Assembly: GCA_040954595.2 (NCBI GenBank)
Contig: CM082585.2
Coordinates: 1,240,318-1,304,317 of the forward strand
DNA: 64,000 nucleotides
Direction: 5' to 3'
Source of the DNA: Balanoglossus misakiensis
Taxonomy: Eukaryota > Animalia > Hemichordata
Every line of letters starts with the position of its first letter. The stretch's first letter is position 1. The position numbers and the translations under genes are program-made. The notes beneath the pieces are model-generated. The model had not been told where the DNA came from. It did not search any database and saw only the letters and a program-made list of their open reading frames with translations. Shown here piece after piece: positions 34,601 to 49,600 of the stretch.

Positions 34601-37600
34601 TGGAAATTTTAGAACTATCCGTCGATCTACGGAGTCTAGTGGAAACATTTCCAATGCGCATAGGCCTATCTATGTGTTCTGCGCATCACAACAGAATTTT
34701 GTAAACAAACGAGGATGTTTTTGGAAGCAACCATGGAAATTTTAGAACTATCCGTCGATATACAGAGTCTAGTGGAAAACGTTCTTATGCGCATAGGCCT
34801 CTCTATGTGTTCTGCGCATCACAACAGAATTTTGTAAACAAACGATGCTTTGTTTGGAAGCAACCATGGAAATTTTAGAACTATCCGTCGATCTACGGAG
34901 TCTAGTGGAAAAATTTCTTATGCGCATAGGCATATGTATGTGTTCTACGCATCACAACATAATTCGGTAAATAAACGAGGCTGTTTGGAAACAACCATGG
35001 AAATTTTACAACTGTCCGTCGATCTACAGAGTCTGGTGGAAAAGTTTCTTATGCGCATAGGCCTATTACGTGTTCTGCGCCTCACAACAGAATTCGGTAA
35101 ATAAACGAGGCTGTTTGGAAGCAACCATGGAAATTTTAGATCTATCCGTCGATCTACAGAGTCTAGTGGAAAACGTTCTTATGCGCATAGGCCTATCTAT
35201 GTATTATGCGCATCACAACAGAATTTTGTAAACAAACGAGGATGTGTTTGGAAGCAACCATGGAAATTTTAGAACTATCCGTCGATATACAGAGTCTAGT
35301 GGAAAACGTTCTTATGCGCATAGGCCTCTCTATGTGTTCTGCGCATCACAACAGAATTTTGTAAACAAACGATGCTTTGTTTGGAAGCAACCATGGAAAT
35401 TTTAGAACTATCCGTCGATCTACGGAGTCTAGTGGAAAAATTTCTTATGCGCATAGGCATATGTATGTGTTCTACGCATCACAACATAATTCTGTAAATA
35501 AACGAGGCTGTTTGGAAACAACCATGGACATTTTACAACTGTCCGTCGATCTACAGAGTCTGGTGGAAAAGTTTCTTATGCGCATAGGCCTATTACGTGT
35601 TCTGCGCCTCACAACAGAATTCGGTAAATAAACGAGGCTGTTTGGAAGCAACCATGGAAATTTTAGAACTATCCGTCGATCTACGGAGTCTAGTGGAAAA
35701 CTTTCCAATGCGCATAGGCCTATTTATGTGTTCTGCGCATCACAACAGAATTTTGTAAACAAACGAGGATGTGTTTGGAAGCAACCATGGAAATTTTAGA
35801 ACTATCCGTCGATCTACGGAGTCTAGTGGAAACATTTCCAATGCGCATAGGCCTATCTATGTGTTCTGCGCATCACAACAGAATTTTGTAAACAAACGAG
35901 GATGTGTTTGGAAGCAACCATGGAAATTTTAGAACTATCCGTCGATATACAGAGTCTAGTGGAAAACGTTCTTATGCGCATAGGCCTCTCTATGTGTTCT
36001 GCGCATCACAACAGAATTTTGTAAACAAACGATGCTTTGTTTGGAAGCAACCATGGAAATTTTAGAACTATCCGTCGATCTACGGAGTCTAGTGGAAAAA
36101 TTTCTTATGCGCATAGGCATATGTATGTGTTCTACGCATCACAACATAATTCGGTAAATAAACGAGGCTGTTTGGAAACAACCATGGAAATTTTACAACT
36201 GTCCGTCGATCTACAGAGTCTGGTGGAAAAGTTTCTTATGCGCATAGGCCTATTACGTGTTCTGCGCCTCACAACAGAATTCGGTAAATAAACGAGGCTG
36301 TTTGGAAGCAACCATGGAAATTTTAGATCTATCCGTCGATCTACAGAGTCTAGTGGAAAACGTTCTTATGCGCATAGGCCTATCTATGTATTATGCGCAT
36401 CACAACAGAATTTTGTAAACAAACGAGGATGTGTTTGGAAGCAACCATGGAAATTTTAGAACTATCCGTCGATATACAGAGTCTAGTGGAAAACGTTCTT
36501 ATGCGCATAGGCCTCTCTATGTGTTCTGCGCATCACAACAGAATTTTGTAAACAAACGATGCTTTGTTTGGAAGCAACCATGGAAATTTTAGAACTATCC
36601 GTCGATCTACGGAGTCTAGTGGAAAAATTTCTTATGCGCATAGGCATATGTATGTGTTCTACGCATCACAACATAATTCTGTAAATAAACGAGGCTGTTT
36701 GGAAACAACCATGGACATTTTACAACTGTCCGTCGATCTACAGAGTCTGGTGGAAAAGTTTCTTATGCGCATAGGCCTATTACGTGTTCTGCGCCTCACA
36801 ACAGAATTCGGTAAATAAACGAGGCTGTTTGGAAGCAACCATGGAAATTTTAGAACTATCCGTCGATCTACGGAGTCTAGTGGAAAACTTTCCAATGCGC
36901 ATAGGCCTATCTATGTGTTCTGCGCATCACAACAGAATTTTGTAAACAAACGAGGATGTGTTTGGAAGCAACCATGGAAATTTTAGAACTATCCGTCGAT
37001 CTACGGAGTCTAGTGGAAACATTTCCAATGCGCATAGGCCTATCTATGTGTTCTGCGCATCACAACAGAATTTTGTAAACAAACGAGGATGTGTTTGGAA
37101 GCAACCATGGAAATTTTAGAACTATCCGTCGATATACAGAGTCTAGTGGAAAACGTTCTTATGCGCATAGGCCTCTCTATGTGTTCTGCGCATCACAACA
37201 GAATTTTGTAAACAAACGATGCTTTGTTTGGAAGCAACCATGGAAATTTTAGAACTATCCGTCGATCTACGGAGTCTAGTGGAAAAATTTCTTATGCGCA
37301 TAGGCATATGTATGTGTTCTACGCATCACAACATAATTCGGTAAATAAACGAGGCTGTTTGGAAACAACCATGGAAATTTTACAACTGTCCGTCGATCTA
37401 CAGAGTCTGGTGGAAAAGTTTCTTATGCGCATAGGCCTATTACGTGTTCTGCGCCTCACAACAGAATTCGGTAAATAAACGAGGCTGTTTGGAAGCAACC
37501 ATGGAAATTTTAGAACTATCCGTCGATCTACAGAGTCTAGTGGAAAACGTTCTTATGCGCATAGGCCTATCTATGTATTATGCGCATCACAACAGAATTT

Positions 37601-40600
37601 TGTAAACAAACGAGGATGTGTTTGGAAGCAACCATGGAAATTTTAGAACTATCCGTCGATATACAGAGTCTAGTGGAAAACGTTCTTATGCGCATAGGCC
37701 TCTCTATGTGTTCTGCGCATCACAACAGAATTTTGTAAACAAACGATGCTTTGTTTGGAAGCAACCATGGAAATTTTAGAACTATCCGTCGATCTACGGA
37801 GTCTAGTGGAAAAATTTCTTATGCGCATAGGCATATGTATGTGTTCTACGCATCACAACAGAATTCGGTAAATAAACGAGGCTGTTTGGAAACAACCATG
37901 GAAATTTTACAACTATCCGTCGATCTACAGAGTCTGGTGGAAAAGTTTCTGATGCGCATAGGCCTATTACGTGTTCTGCGCCTCACAACAGAATTCGGTA
38001 AATAAACGAGGCTGTTTGGAAGCAACCATGGAAATTTTAGAACTATCCGTCGATCTACAGAGTCTAGTGGAAAACGTTCTTATGCGCATAGGCCTATCTA
38101 AATAAACGAGGCTGTATTTGGAAGCAACAAAGTAAATTTTACAACTATACGTCGATCTACGGAGTCTAGTGGAAAAATTTCTTATGCGCATAGGCATATG
38201 TATGTGTTCTGCGTCTCACAACAGAATTCGGTAAATAAACGAGGCTGTTTGGAAGCAACCATGGAAATTTTAGAACTATCCGTCGATCTACGGAGTATAG
38301 TGGAAAACGTTCATATGCACATAGGCCTATCTATGTGTTCTGCGCATCACAACAGATTTTTGTAAACAAACGAGGATGTGTTTGGAAGCAACCATGGAAA
38401 TTTTAGAACTATCCGTCCATCTACGGAGTCTAGTGGAAAACTTTCCGATGCGCATAGGCCTATCTATGTGTTCTGCGCATCACAACAGAATTTTGTAAAC
38501 AAACGAGGATGTGTTTGGAAGCAACCATGGAAATTTTAGAACTATCCGTCGATCTACAGAGTCTAGTGGAAAACGTTCTTATGCGCATAGGCCTCTCTAT
38601 TTGTTCTGCGCATCACAACAGAATTTTGTATACAAACGATGCTTTGTTTGGAAGCAACCATGGAAATTTTAGAACTATCCGTCGATCTACGGAGTCTAGT
38701 GGAAAAATTTCTTATGCGCATAGGCATATGTATGTGTTCTACGCATCACAACAGAATTCGGTATATAAACGAGGCTGTTTGGAAACAACCATGGAAATTT
38801 TACAACTGTCTGTCGATCTACAGAGTCTGGTGGAAAAGTTTCTTATGCGCATAGGCCTATTACGTGTTCTGCGCCTCACAAGAGAATTCGGTAAATAAAC
38901 GAGGCTGTTTGGAAGCAACCATGGAAATTTTAGAACTATCCGTCGATCTACAGAGTCTAGTGGAAAACGTTCTTATGCGCATAGGACTATCTATGTATTA
39001 TGCGCATCACAACAGAATTTTGTAAACAAACGAGGATGTGTTTGGAAGCAACCATGGAAATTTTAGAACTATCCGTCGATATACAGAGTCTAGTGGAAAC
39101 ATTTCCAATGCGCATAGGCCTATCTATGTGTTCTGCGCATCACAACAGAATTTTGTAAACAAACGAGGATGTGTTTGGAAGCAACCATGGAAATTTTAGA
39201 ACTATCCGTCGATATACAGAGTCTAGTGGAAAACGTTCTTATGCGCATAGGCCTCTCTATGTGTTCTGCGCATCACAACAGAATTTTGTAAACAAACGAT
39301 GCTTTGTTTGGAAGCAACCATGGAAATTTTAGAACTATCCGTCGATCTACGGAGTCTAGTGGAAAAATTTCTTATGCGCATAGGCATATGTATGTGTTCT
39401 ACGCATCACAACATAATTCGGTAAATAAACGAGGCTGTTTGGAAACAACCATGGAAATTTTACAACTGTCCGTCGATCTACAGAGTCTGGTGGAAAAGTT
39501 TCTTATGCGCATAGGCCTATTACGTGTTCTGCGCCTCACAACAGAATTCGGTAAATAAACGAGGCTGTTTGGAAGCAACCATGGAAATTTTAGAACTATC
39601 CGTCGATCTACAGAGTCTAGTGGAAAACGTTCTTATGCGCATAGGCCTATCTATGTATTATGCGCATCACAACAGAATTTTGTAAACAAACGAGGATGTG
39701 TTTGGAAGCAACCATGGAAATTTTAGAACTATCCGTCGATATACAGAGTCTAGTGGAAAACGTTCTTATGCGCATAGGCCTCTCTATGTGTTCTGCGCAT
39801 CACAACAGAATTTTGTAAACAAACGATGCTTTGTTTGGAAGCAACCATGGAAATTTTAGAACTATCCGTCGATCTACGGAGTCTAGTGGAAAAATTTCTT
39901 ATGCGCATAGGCATATGTATGTGTTCTACGCATCACAACAGAATTCGGTAAATAAACGAGGCTGTTTGGAAACAACCATGGAAATTTTACAACTATCCGT
40001 CGATCTACAGAGTCTGGTGGAAAAGTTTCTGATGCGCATAGGCCTATTACGTGTTCTGCGCCTCACAACAGAATTCGGTAAATAAACGAGGCTGTTTGGA
40101 AGCAACCATGGAAATTTTAGAACTATCCGTCGATCTACAGAGTCTAGTGGAAAACGTTCTTATGCGCATAGGCCTATCTAAATAAACGAGGCTGTATTTG
40201 GAAGCAACAAAGTAAATTTTACAACTATACGTCGATCTACGGAGTCTAGTGGAAAAATTTCTTATGCGCATAGGCATATGTATGTGTTCTGCGTCTCACA
40301 ACAGAATTCGGTAAATAAACGAGGCTGTTTGGAAGCAACCATGGAAATTTTAGAACTATCCGTCGATCTACGGAGTATAGTGGAAAACGTTCATATGCAC
40401 ATAGGCCTATCTATGTGTTCTGCGCATCACAACAGATTTTTGTAAACAAACGAGGATGTGTTTGGAAGCAACCATGGAAATTTTAGAACTATCCGTCCAT
40501 CTACGGAGTCTAGTGGAAAACTTTCCGATGCGCATAGGCCTATCTATGTGTTCTGCGCATCACAACAGAATTTTGTAAACAAACGAGGATGTGTTTGGAA

Positions 40601-43600
40601 GCAACCATGGAAATTTTAGAACTATCCGTCGATCTACAGAGTCTAGTGGAAAACGTTCTTATGCGCATAGGCCTCTCTATTTGTTCTGCGCATCACAACA
40701 GAATTTTGTATACAAACGATGCTTTGTTTGGAAGCAACCATGGAAATTTTAGAACTATCCGTCGATCTACGGAGTCTAGTGGAAAAATTTCTTATGCGCA
40801 TAGGCATATGTATGTGTTCTACGCATCACAACAGAATTCGGTATATAAACGAGGCTGTTTGGAAACAACCATGGAAATTTTACAACTGTCTGTCGATCTA
40901 CAGAGTCTGGTGGAAAAGTTTCTTATGCGCATAGGCCTATTACGTGTTCTGCGCCTCACAAGAGAATTCGGTAAATAAACGAGGCTGTTTGGAAGCAACC
41001 ATGGAAATTTTAGAACTATCCGTCGATCTACAGAGTCTAGTGGAAAACGTTCTTATGCGCATAGGACTATCTATGTATTATGCGCATCACAACAGAATTT
41101 TGTAAACAAACGAGGATGTGTTTGGAAGCAACCATGGAAATTTTAGAACTATCCGTCGATATACAGAGTCTAGTGGAAAACGTTCATATGCGCATAGGCC
41201 TCTCTATATGTTCTGCGCATCACAACAGATTTGTAAACAAACGATGCTTTGTTTGGAAGCAACCATGGAAATTTTAGAACTATCCGTCGATCTACGGAGT
41301 CTAGTGGAAAAATTTCTTATGCGCATAGGCATATGTATGTGTTCTACGCATCACAACAGAATTCGGTAAATAAACGAGGCTGTTTGGAAACAACCATGGA
41401 AATTTTACAACTATCCGTCGATCTACAGAGTCTGGTGGAAAAGTCTCTTATGCGCATAGGCCTATTACGTGTTCTGCGCCTCACAACAGAATTCGGTAAA
41501 TAAACGAGGCTGTTTGGAAGCAACCATGGAAATTTTAGAACTATCCGTCGATCTACAGAGTATAGTGAAAAACGTTCTTATGCGCATAGGCCTATCTATG
41601 TATTATGCGCATCACAACAGAAATCGCTAAATAAACGAGGCTGTATTTGGAAGCAACCATGTAAATTTTACAACTATCCGTCGATCTACGGAGTCTAGTG
41701 GAAAAATTTCTTATGCGCATAGGCATATGTATGTGTTCTGCGTCTCACAACAGAATTCTGTAAATAAACGAGGCTGTTTGGAAGCAACCATGGAAATTTT
41801 AGAACTATCCGTCGATCTACAGAGTATAGTGGAAAACGTTCATATGCGCATAGGCCTATCTATGTGTTCTGCGCATCACAACAGAATTTTGTAAACAAAC
41901 GATGCTTTGTTTGGAAGCAACCATGGAAATTTTAGAACTATCCGTCGATCTACGGAGTCTAGTGGTAAAATTTCTTATGCGCATAGGCATATGTATGTAT
42001 TCTACGCATCACAACAGAATTCGGTAAATAAACGAGGCTGTTTGGAAGCAACCATGGAAATTTTAGAACTATCCGTCGATCTACAGAGTCTACTGGAAAA
42101 CGTTCTTATGCGCATAGGCCTATCTATGTATTATGCGCATCACAACATAATTTTGTAAACAAACGAGGATGTGCTTGGAAGCAACCATGGAAATTTTAGA
42201 ACTATCCGTCGATATACAGAGTCCAGTGGAAAACGTTCTTATGCGCATAGGCCTCTCTATTTGTTCTGCGCATCACAACAGAATTTTGTATACAAACGAT
42301 GCTTTGTTTGGAAGCAACCATGGAAATTTTAGAACTATCCGTCGATCTACGGAGTCTAGTGGAAAAATTTCTTATGCGCATAGGCATATGTATGTGTTCT
42401 ACGCATCACAACAGAATTCGGTAAATAAACGAGGCTGTTTGGAAACAACCATGGAAATTTTACAACTGTCTGTCGATCTACCGAGTCTGGTGGAAAAGTT
42501 TCTTATGCGCATAGGCCTATTACGTGTTCTGCGCCTCACAAGAGAATTCGGTAAATAAACGAGGCTGTTTGGAAGCAACCATGGAAATTTTAGAACTATC
42601 CGTCGATCTACAGAGTCTAGTGGAAAACGTTCTTATGCGCATAGGCCTATCTATGTATTATGCGCATCACAACAGAATTTTGTAAACAAACGAGGATGTG
42701 TTTGGAAGCAACCATGGAAATTTTAGAACTATCCGTCGATATACAGAGTCTAGTGGAAAACGTTCATATGCGCATAGGCCTCTCTATATGTTCTGCGCAT
42801 CACAACAGAATTTTGTAAACAAACGATGCTTTGTTTGGAAGCAACCATGGAAATTTTAGAACTATCCGTCGATCTACGGAGTCTAGTGGAAAAATTTCTT
42901 ATGCGCATAGGCATATGTATGTGTTCTACGCATCACAACAGAATTCGGTAAATAAACGAGGCTGTTTGGAAACAACCATGGAAATTTTACAACTATCCGT
43001 CGATCTACAGAGTCTGGTGGAAAAGTCTCTTATGCGCATAGGCCTATTACGTGTTCTGCGCCTCACAACAGAATTCGGTAAATAAAAGAGGCTGTTTGGA
43101 AGCAACCATGGAAATTTTAGAACTATCCGTCGATCTACAGAGTCTAGTGAAAAACGTTCTTATGCGCATAGGCCTATCTATGTATTATGCGCATCACAAC
43201 AGAAATCGCTAAATAAACGAGGCTGTATTTGGAAGCAACCATGTAAATTTTACAACTATCCGTCGATCTACAGAGTCTAGTGGAAAAATTTCTTATGCGC
43301 ATAGGCATATGTATGTGTTCTGCGTCTCACAACAGAATTCTGTAAATAAACGAGGCTGTTTGGAAGCAACCATGGAAATTTTAGAACTATCCGTCGATCT
43401 ACAGAGTATAGTGGAAAACGTTCATATGCGCATAGGCCTATCTATGTGTTCTGCGCATCACAACAGAATTTTGTAAACAAACGATGCTTTGTTTGGAAGC
43501 AACCATGGAAATTTTAGAACTATCCGTCGATCTACGGAGTCTAGTGGTAAAATTTCTTATGCGCATAGGCATATGTATGTATTCTACGCATCACAACAGA

Positions 43601-46600
43601 ATTCGGTAAATAAACGAGGCTGTTTGGAAGCAACCATGGAAATTTTAGAACTATCCGTCGATCTACAGAGTCTACTGGAAAACGTTCTTATGCGCATAGG
43701 CCTATCTATGTATTATGCGCATCACAACATAATTTTGTAAACAAACGAGGATGTGTTTGGAAGCAACCATGGAAATTTTAGAACTATCCGTCGATATACA
43801 GAGTCTAGTGGAAAACTTTCTTATGCGCATAGGCCTCTCTATGTGTTCTGCGCATCACAACAGAATTTTGTAAACAAACGATGCTTTGTTTGGAAGCAAC
43901 CATGGAAATTTTAGAACTATCCGTCGATCTACGGAGTCTAGTGGAAAACGTTCATATGCGCATAGGCCTCTCTATATGTTCTGCGCATCACAACAGATTT
44001 GTAAACAAACGATGCTTTGTTTGGAAGCAACCATGGAAATTTTAGAACTATCCGTCGATCTACGGAGTCTAGTGGAAAAATTTCTTATGCGCATAGGCAT
44101 ATGTATGTGTTCTACGCATCACAACAGAATTCGGTAAATAAACGAGGCTGTTTGGAAACAACCATGGAAATTTTACAACTATCCGTCGATCTACAGAGTC
44201 TGGTGGAAAAGTCTCTTATGCGCATAGGCCTATTACGTGTTCTGCGCCTCACAACAGAATTCGGTAAATAAACGAGGCTGTTTGGAAGCAACCATGGAAA
44301 TTTTAGAACTATCCGTCGATCTACAGAGTATAGTGAAAAACGTTCTTATGCGCATAGGCCTATCTATGTATTATGCGCATCACAACAGAAATCGCTAAAT
44401 AAACGAGGCTGTATTTGGAAGCAACCATGTAAATTTTACAACTATCCGTCGATCTACGGAGTCTAGTGGAAAAATTTCTTATGCGCATAGGCATATGTAT
44501 GTGTTCTGCGTCTCACAACAGAATTCTGTAAATAAACGAGGCTGTTTGGAAGCAACCATGGAAATTTTAGAACTATCCGTCGATCTACAGAGTATAGTGG
44601 AAAACGTTCATATGCGCATAGGCCTATCTATGTGTTCTGCGCATCACAACAGAATTTTGTAAACAAACGATGCTTTGTTTGGAAGCAACCATGGAAATTT
44701 TAGAACTATCCGTCGATCTACGGAGTCTAGTGGTAAAATTTCTTATGCGCATAGGCATATGTATGTATTCTACGCATCACAACAGAATTCGGTAAATAAA
44801 CGAGGCTGTTTGGAAGCAACCATGGAAATTTTAGAACTATCCGTCGATCTACAGAGTCTACTGGAAAACGTTCTTATGCGCATAGGCCTATCTATGTATT
44901 ATGCGCATCACAACATAATTTTGTAAACAAACGAGGATGTGCTTGGAAGCAACCATGGAAATTTTAGAACTATCCGTCGATATACAGAGTCCAGTGGAAA
45001 ACGTTCTTATGCGCATAGGCCTCTCTATTTGTTCTGCGCATCACAACAGAATTTTGTATACAAACGATGCTTTGTTTGGAAGCAACCATGGAAATTTTAG
45101 AACTATCCGTCGATCTACGGAGTCTAGTGGAAAAATTTCTTATGCGCATAGGCATATGTATGTGTTCTACGCATCACAACAGAATTCGGTAAATAAACGA
45201 GGCTGTTTGGAAACAACCATGGAAATTTTACAACTGTCTGTCGATCTACCGAGTCTGGTGGAAAAGTTTCTTATGCGCATAGGCCTATTACGTGTTCTGC
45301 GCCTCACAAGAGAATTCGGTAAATAAACGAGGCTGTTTGGAAGCAACCATGGAAATTTTAGAACTATCCGTCGATCTACAGAGTCTAGTGGAAAACGTTC
45401 TTATGCGCATAGGCCTATCTATGTATTATGCGCATCACAACAGAATTTTGTAAACAAACGAGGATGTGTTTGGAAGCAACCATGGAAATTTTAGAACTAT
45501 CCGTCGATATACAGAGTCTAGTGGAAAACGTTCATATGCGCATAGGCCTCTCTATATGTTCTGCGCATCACAACAGAATTTTGTAAACAAACGATGCTTT
45601 GTTTGGAAGCAACCATGGAAATTTTAGAACTATCCGTCGATCTACGGAGTCTAGTGGAAAAATTTCTTATGCGCATAGGCATATGTATGTGTTCTACGCA
45701 TCACAACAGAATTCGGTAAATAAACGAGGCTGTTTGGAAACAACCATGGAAATTTTACAACTATCCGTCGATCTACAGAGTCTGGTGGAAAAGTCTCTTA
45801 TGCGCATAGGCCTATTACGTGTTCTGCGCCTCACAACAGAATTCGGTAAATAAAAGAGGCTGTTTGGAAGCAACCATGGAAATTTTAGAACTATCCGTCG
45901 ATCTACAGAGTCTAGTGAAAAACGTTCTTATGCGCATAGGCCTATCTATGTATTATGCGCATCACAACAGAAATCGCTAAATAAACGAGGCTGTATTTGG
46001 AAGCAACCATGTAAATTTTACAACTATCCGTCGATCTACAGAGTCTAGTGGAAAAATTTCTTATGCGCATAGGCATATGTATGTGTTCTGCGTCTCACAA
46101 CAGAATTCTGTAAATAAACGAGGCTGTTTGGAAGCAACCATGGAAATTTTAGAACTATCCGTCGATCTACAGAGTATAGTGGAAAACGTTCATATGCGCA
46201 TAGGCCTATCTATGTGTTCTGCGCATCACAACAGAATTTTGTAAACAAACGATGCTTTGTTTGGAAGCAACCATGGAAATTTTAGAACTATCCGTCGATC
46301 TACGGAGTCTAGTGGTAAAATTTCTTATGCGCATAGGCATATGTATGTATTCTACGCATCACAACAGAATTCGGTAAATAAACGAGGCTGTTTGGAAGCA
46401 ACCATGGAAATTTTAGAACTATCCGTCGATCTACAGAGTCTACTGGAAAACGTTCTTATGCGCATAGGCCTATCTATGTATTATGCGCATCACAACATAA
46501 TTTTGTAAACAAACGAGGATGTGTTTGGAAGCAACCATGGAAATTTTAGAACTATCCGTCGATATACAGAGTCTAGTGGAAAACTTTCTTATGCGCATAG

Positions 46601-49600
46601 GCCTCTCTATGTGTTCTGCGCATCACAACAGAATTTTGTAAACAAACGATGCTTTGTTTGGAAGCAACCATGGAAATTTTAGAACTATCCGTCGATCTAC
46701 GGAGTCTAGTGGAAAAATTTCTTATGCGCAAAGGCATATGTATGTGTTCTACGCATCACAACAGAATTCGGTAAATAAACGAGGCTGTTTGGAAACAACC
46801 ATGGAAATTTTACAACTATCCGTCGATCTACAGAGTCTGGTGGAAAAGTTTCTTTTGCGCATAGGCCTATTACGTGTTCTGCGCCTCACAACAGAATTCG
46901 GTAAATAAACGAGGCTGTTTGGAAGCAACCATGGAAATTTTAGAACTATCCGTCGATCTACAGAGTATAGTGAAAAACGTTCTTATGCGCATAGGCCTAT
47001 CTATGTATTATGCGCATCACAACAGAAATCGCTAAATAAACGAGGCTGTATTTGGAAGCAACCATGTAAATTTTACAACTATCCGTCGATCTACGGAGTC
47101 TAGTGGAAAAATTTCTTATGCGCATAGGCATATGTATGTGTTCTGCGTCTCACAACAGAATTCTGTAAATAAACGAGGCTGTTTGGAAGCAACCATGGAA
47201 ATTTTAGAACTATCCGTCGATCTACAGAGTATAGTGGAAAACGTTCATATGCGCATAGGCCTATCTATGTGTTCTGCGCATCACAACAGAATTTTGTAAA
47301 CAAACGATGCTTTGTTTGGAAGCAACCATGGAAATTTTAGAACTATCCGTCGATCTACGGAGTCTAGTGGTAAAATTTCTTATGCGCATAGGCATATGTA
47401 TGTATTCTACGCATCACAACAGAATTCGGTAAATAAACGAGGCTGTTTGGAAGCAACCATGGAAATTTTAGAACTATCCGTCGATCTACAGAGTCTACTG
47501 GAAAACGTTCTTATGCGCATAGGCCTATCTATGTATTATGCGCATCACAACATAATTTTGTAAACAAACGAGGATGTGCTTGGAAGCAACCATGGAAATT
47601 TTAGAACTATCCGTCGATATACAGAGTCCAGTGGAAAACGTTCTTATGCGCATAGGCCTCTCTATTTGTTCTGCGCATCACAACAGAATTTTGTATACAA
47701 ACGATGCTTTGTTTGGAAGCAACCATGGAAATTTTAGAACTATCCGTCGATCTACGGAGTCTAGTGGAAAAATTTCTTATGCGCATAGGCATATGTATGT
47801 GTTCTACGCATCACAACAGAATTCGGTAAATAAACGAGGCTGTTTGGAAACAACCATGGAAATTTTACAACTGTCTGTCGATCTACCGAGTCTGGTGGAA
47901 AAGTTTCTTATGCGCATAGGCCTATTACGTGTTCTGCGCCTCACAAGAGAATTCGGTAAATAAACGAGGCTGTTTGGAAGCAACCATGGAAATTTTAGAA
48001 CTATCCGTCGATCTACAGAGTCTAGTGGAAAACGTTCTTATGCGCATAGGCCTATCTATGTATTATGCGCATCACAACAGAATTTTGTAAACAAACGAGG
48101 ATGTGTTTGGAAGCAACCATGGAAATTTTAGAACTATCCGTCGATCTACAGAGTCTAGTGAAAAACGTTCTTATGCGCATAGGCCTATCTATGTATTATG
48201 CGCATCACAACAGAAATCGCTAAATAAACGAGGCTGTATTTGGAAGCAACCATGTAAATTTTACAACTATCCGTCGATCTACGGAGTCTAGTGGAAAAAT
48301 TTCTTATGCGCATAGGCATATGTATGTGTTCTGCGTCTCACAACAGAATTCTGTAAATAAACGAGGCTGTTTGGAAGCAACCATGGAAATTTTAGAACTA
48401 TCCGTCGATCTACAGAGTCTAGTGGAAAACGTTCTTATGCGCATAGGCCTATCTATGTATTATGCGCATCACAACAGAATTTTGTAAACAAACGAGGATG
48501 TGTTTGGAAGCAACCATGGAAATTTTAGAACTATCCGTCGATATACAGAGTCTAGTGGAAAACGTTCATATGCGCATAGGCCTCTCTATGTGTTCTGCGC
48601 ATCACAACAGAATTTTGTAAACAAACGATGCTTTGTTTGGAAGCAACCATGGAAATTTTAGAACTATCCGTCGATCTACGGAGTCTAGTGGAAAAATTTC
48701 TTATGCGCATAGGCATATGTATGTGTTCTACGCATCACAACAGAATTCGGTAAATAAACGAGGCTGTTTGGAAACAACCATGGAAATTTTACAACTATCC
48801 GTCGATCTACAGAGTCTGGTGGAAAAGTCTCTTATGCGCATAGGCCTATTACGTGTTCTGCGCCTCACAACAGAATTCGGTAAATAAAAGAGGCTGTTTG
48901 GAAGCAACCATGGAAATTTTAGAACTATCCGTCGATCTACAGAGTCTAGTGAAAAACGTTCTTATGCGCATAGGCCTATCTATGTATATGCGCATCACAA
49001 CAGAAATCGCTAAATAAACGAGGCTGTATTTGGAAGCAACCATGTAAATTTTACAACTATCCGTCGATCTACGGAGTCTAGTGGAAAAATTTCTTATGCG
49101 CATAGGCATATGTATGTGTTCTGCGTCTCACAACAGAATTCTGTAAATAAACGAGGCTGTTTGGAAGCAACCATGGAAATTTTAGAACTATCCGTCGATC
49201 TACAGAGTATAGTGGAAAACGTTCATATGCGCATAGGCCTATCTATGTGTTCTGCGCATCACAACAGAATTTTGTAAACAAACGATGCTTTGTTTGGAAG
49301 CAACCATGGAAATTTTAGAACTATCCGTCGATCTACGGAGTCTAGTGGTAAAATTTCTTATGCGCATAGGCATATGTATGTATTCTACGCATCACAACAG
49401 AATTCGGTAAATAAACGAGGCTGTTTGGAAGCAACCATGGAAATTTTAGAACTATCCGTCGATCTACAGAGTCTACTGGAAAACGTTCTTATGCGCATAG
49501 GCCTATCTATGTATTATGCGCATCACAACATAATTTTGTAAACAAACGAGGATGTGTTTGGAAGCAACCATGGAAATTTTAGAACTATCCGTCGATATAC

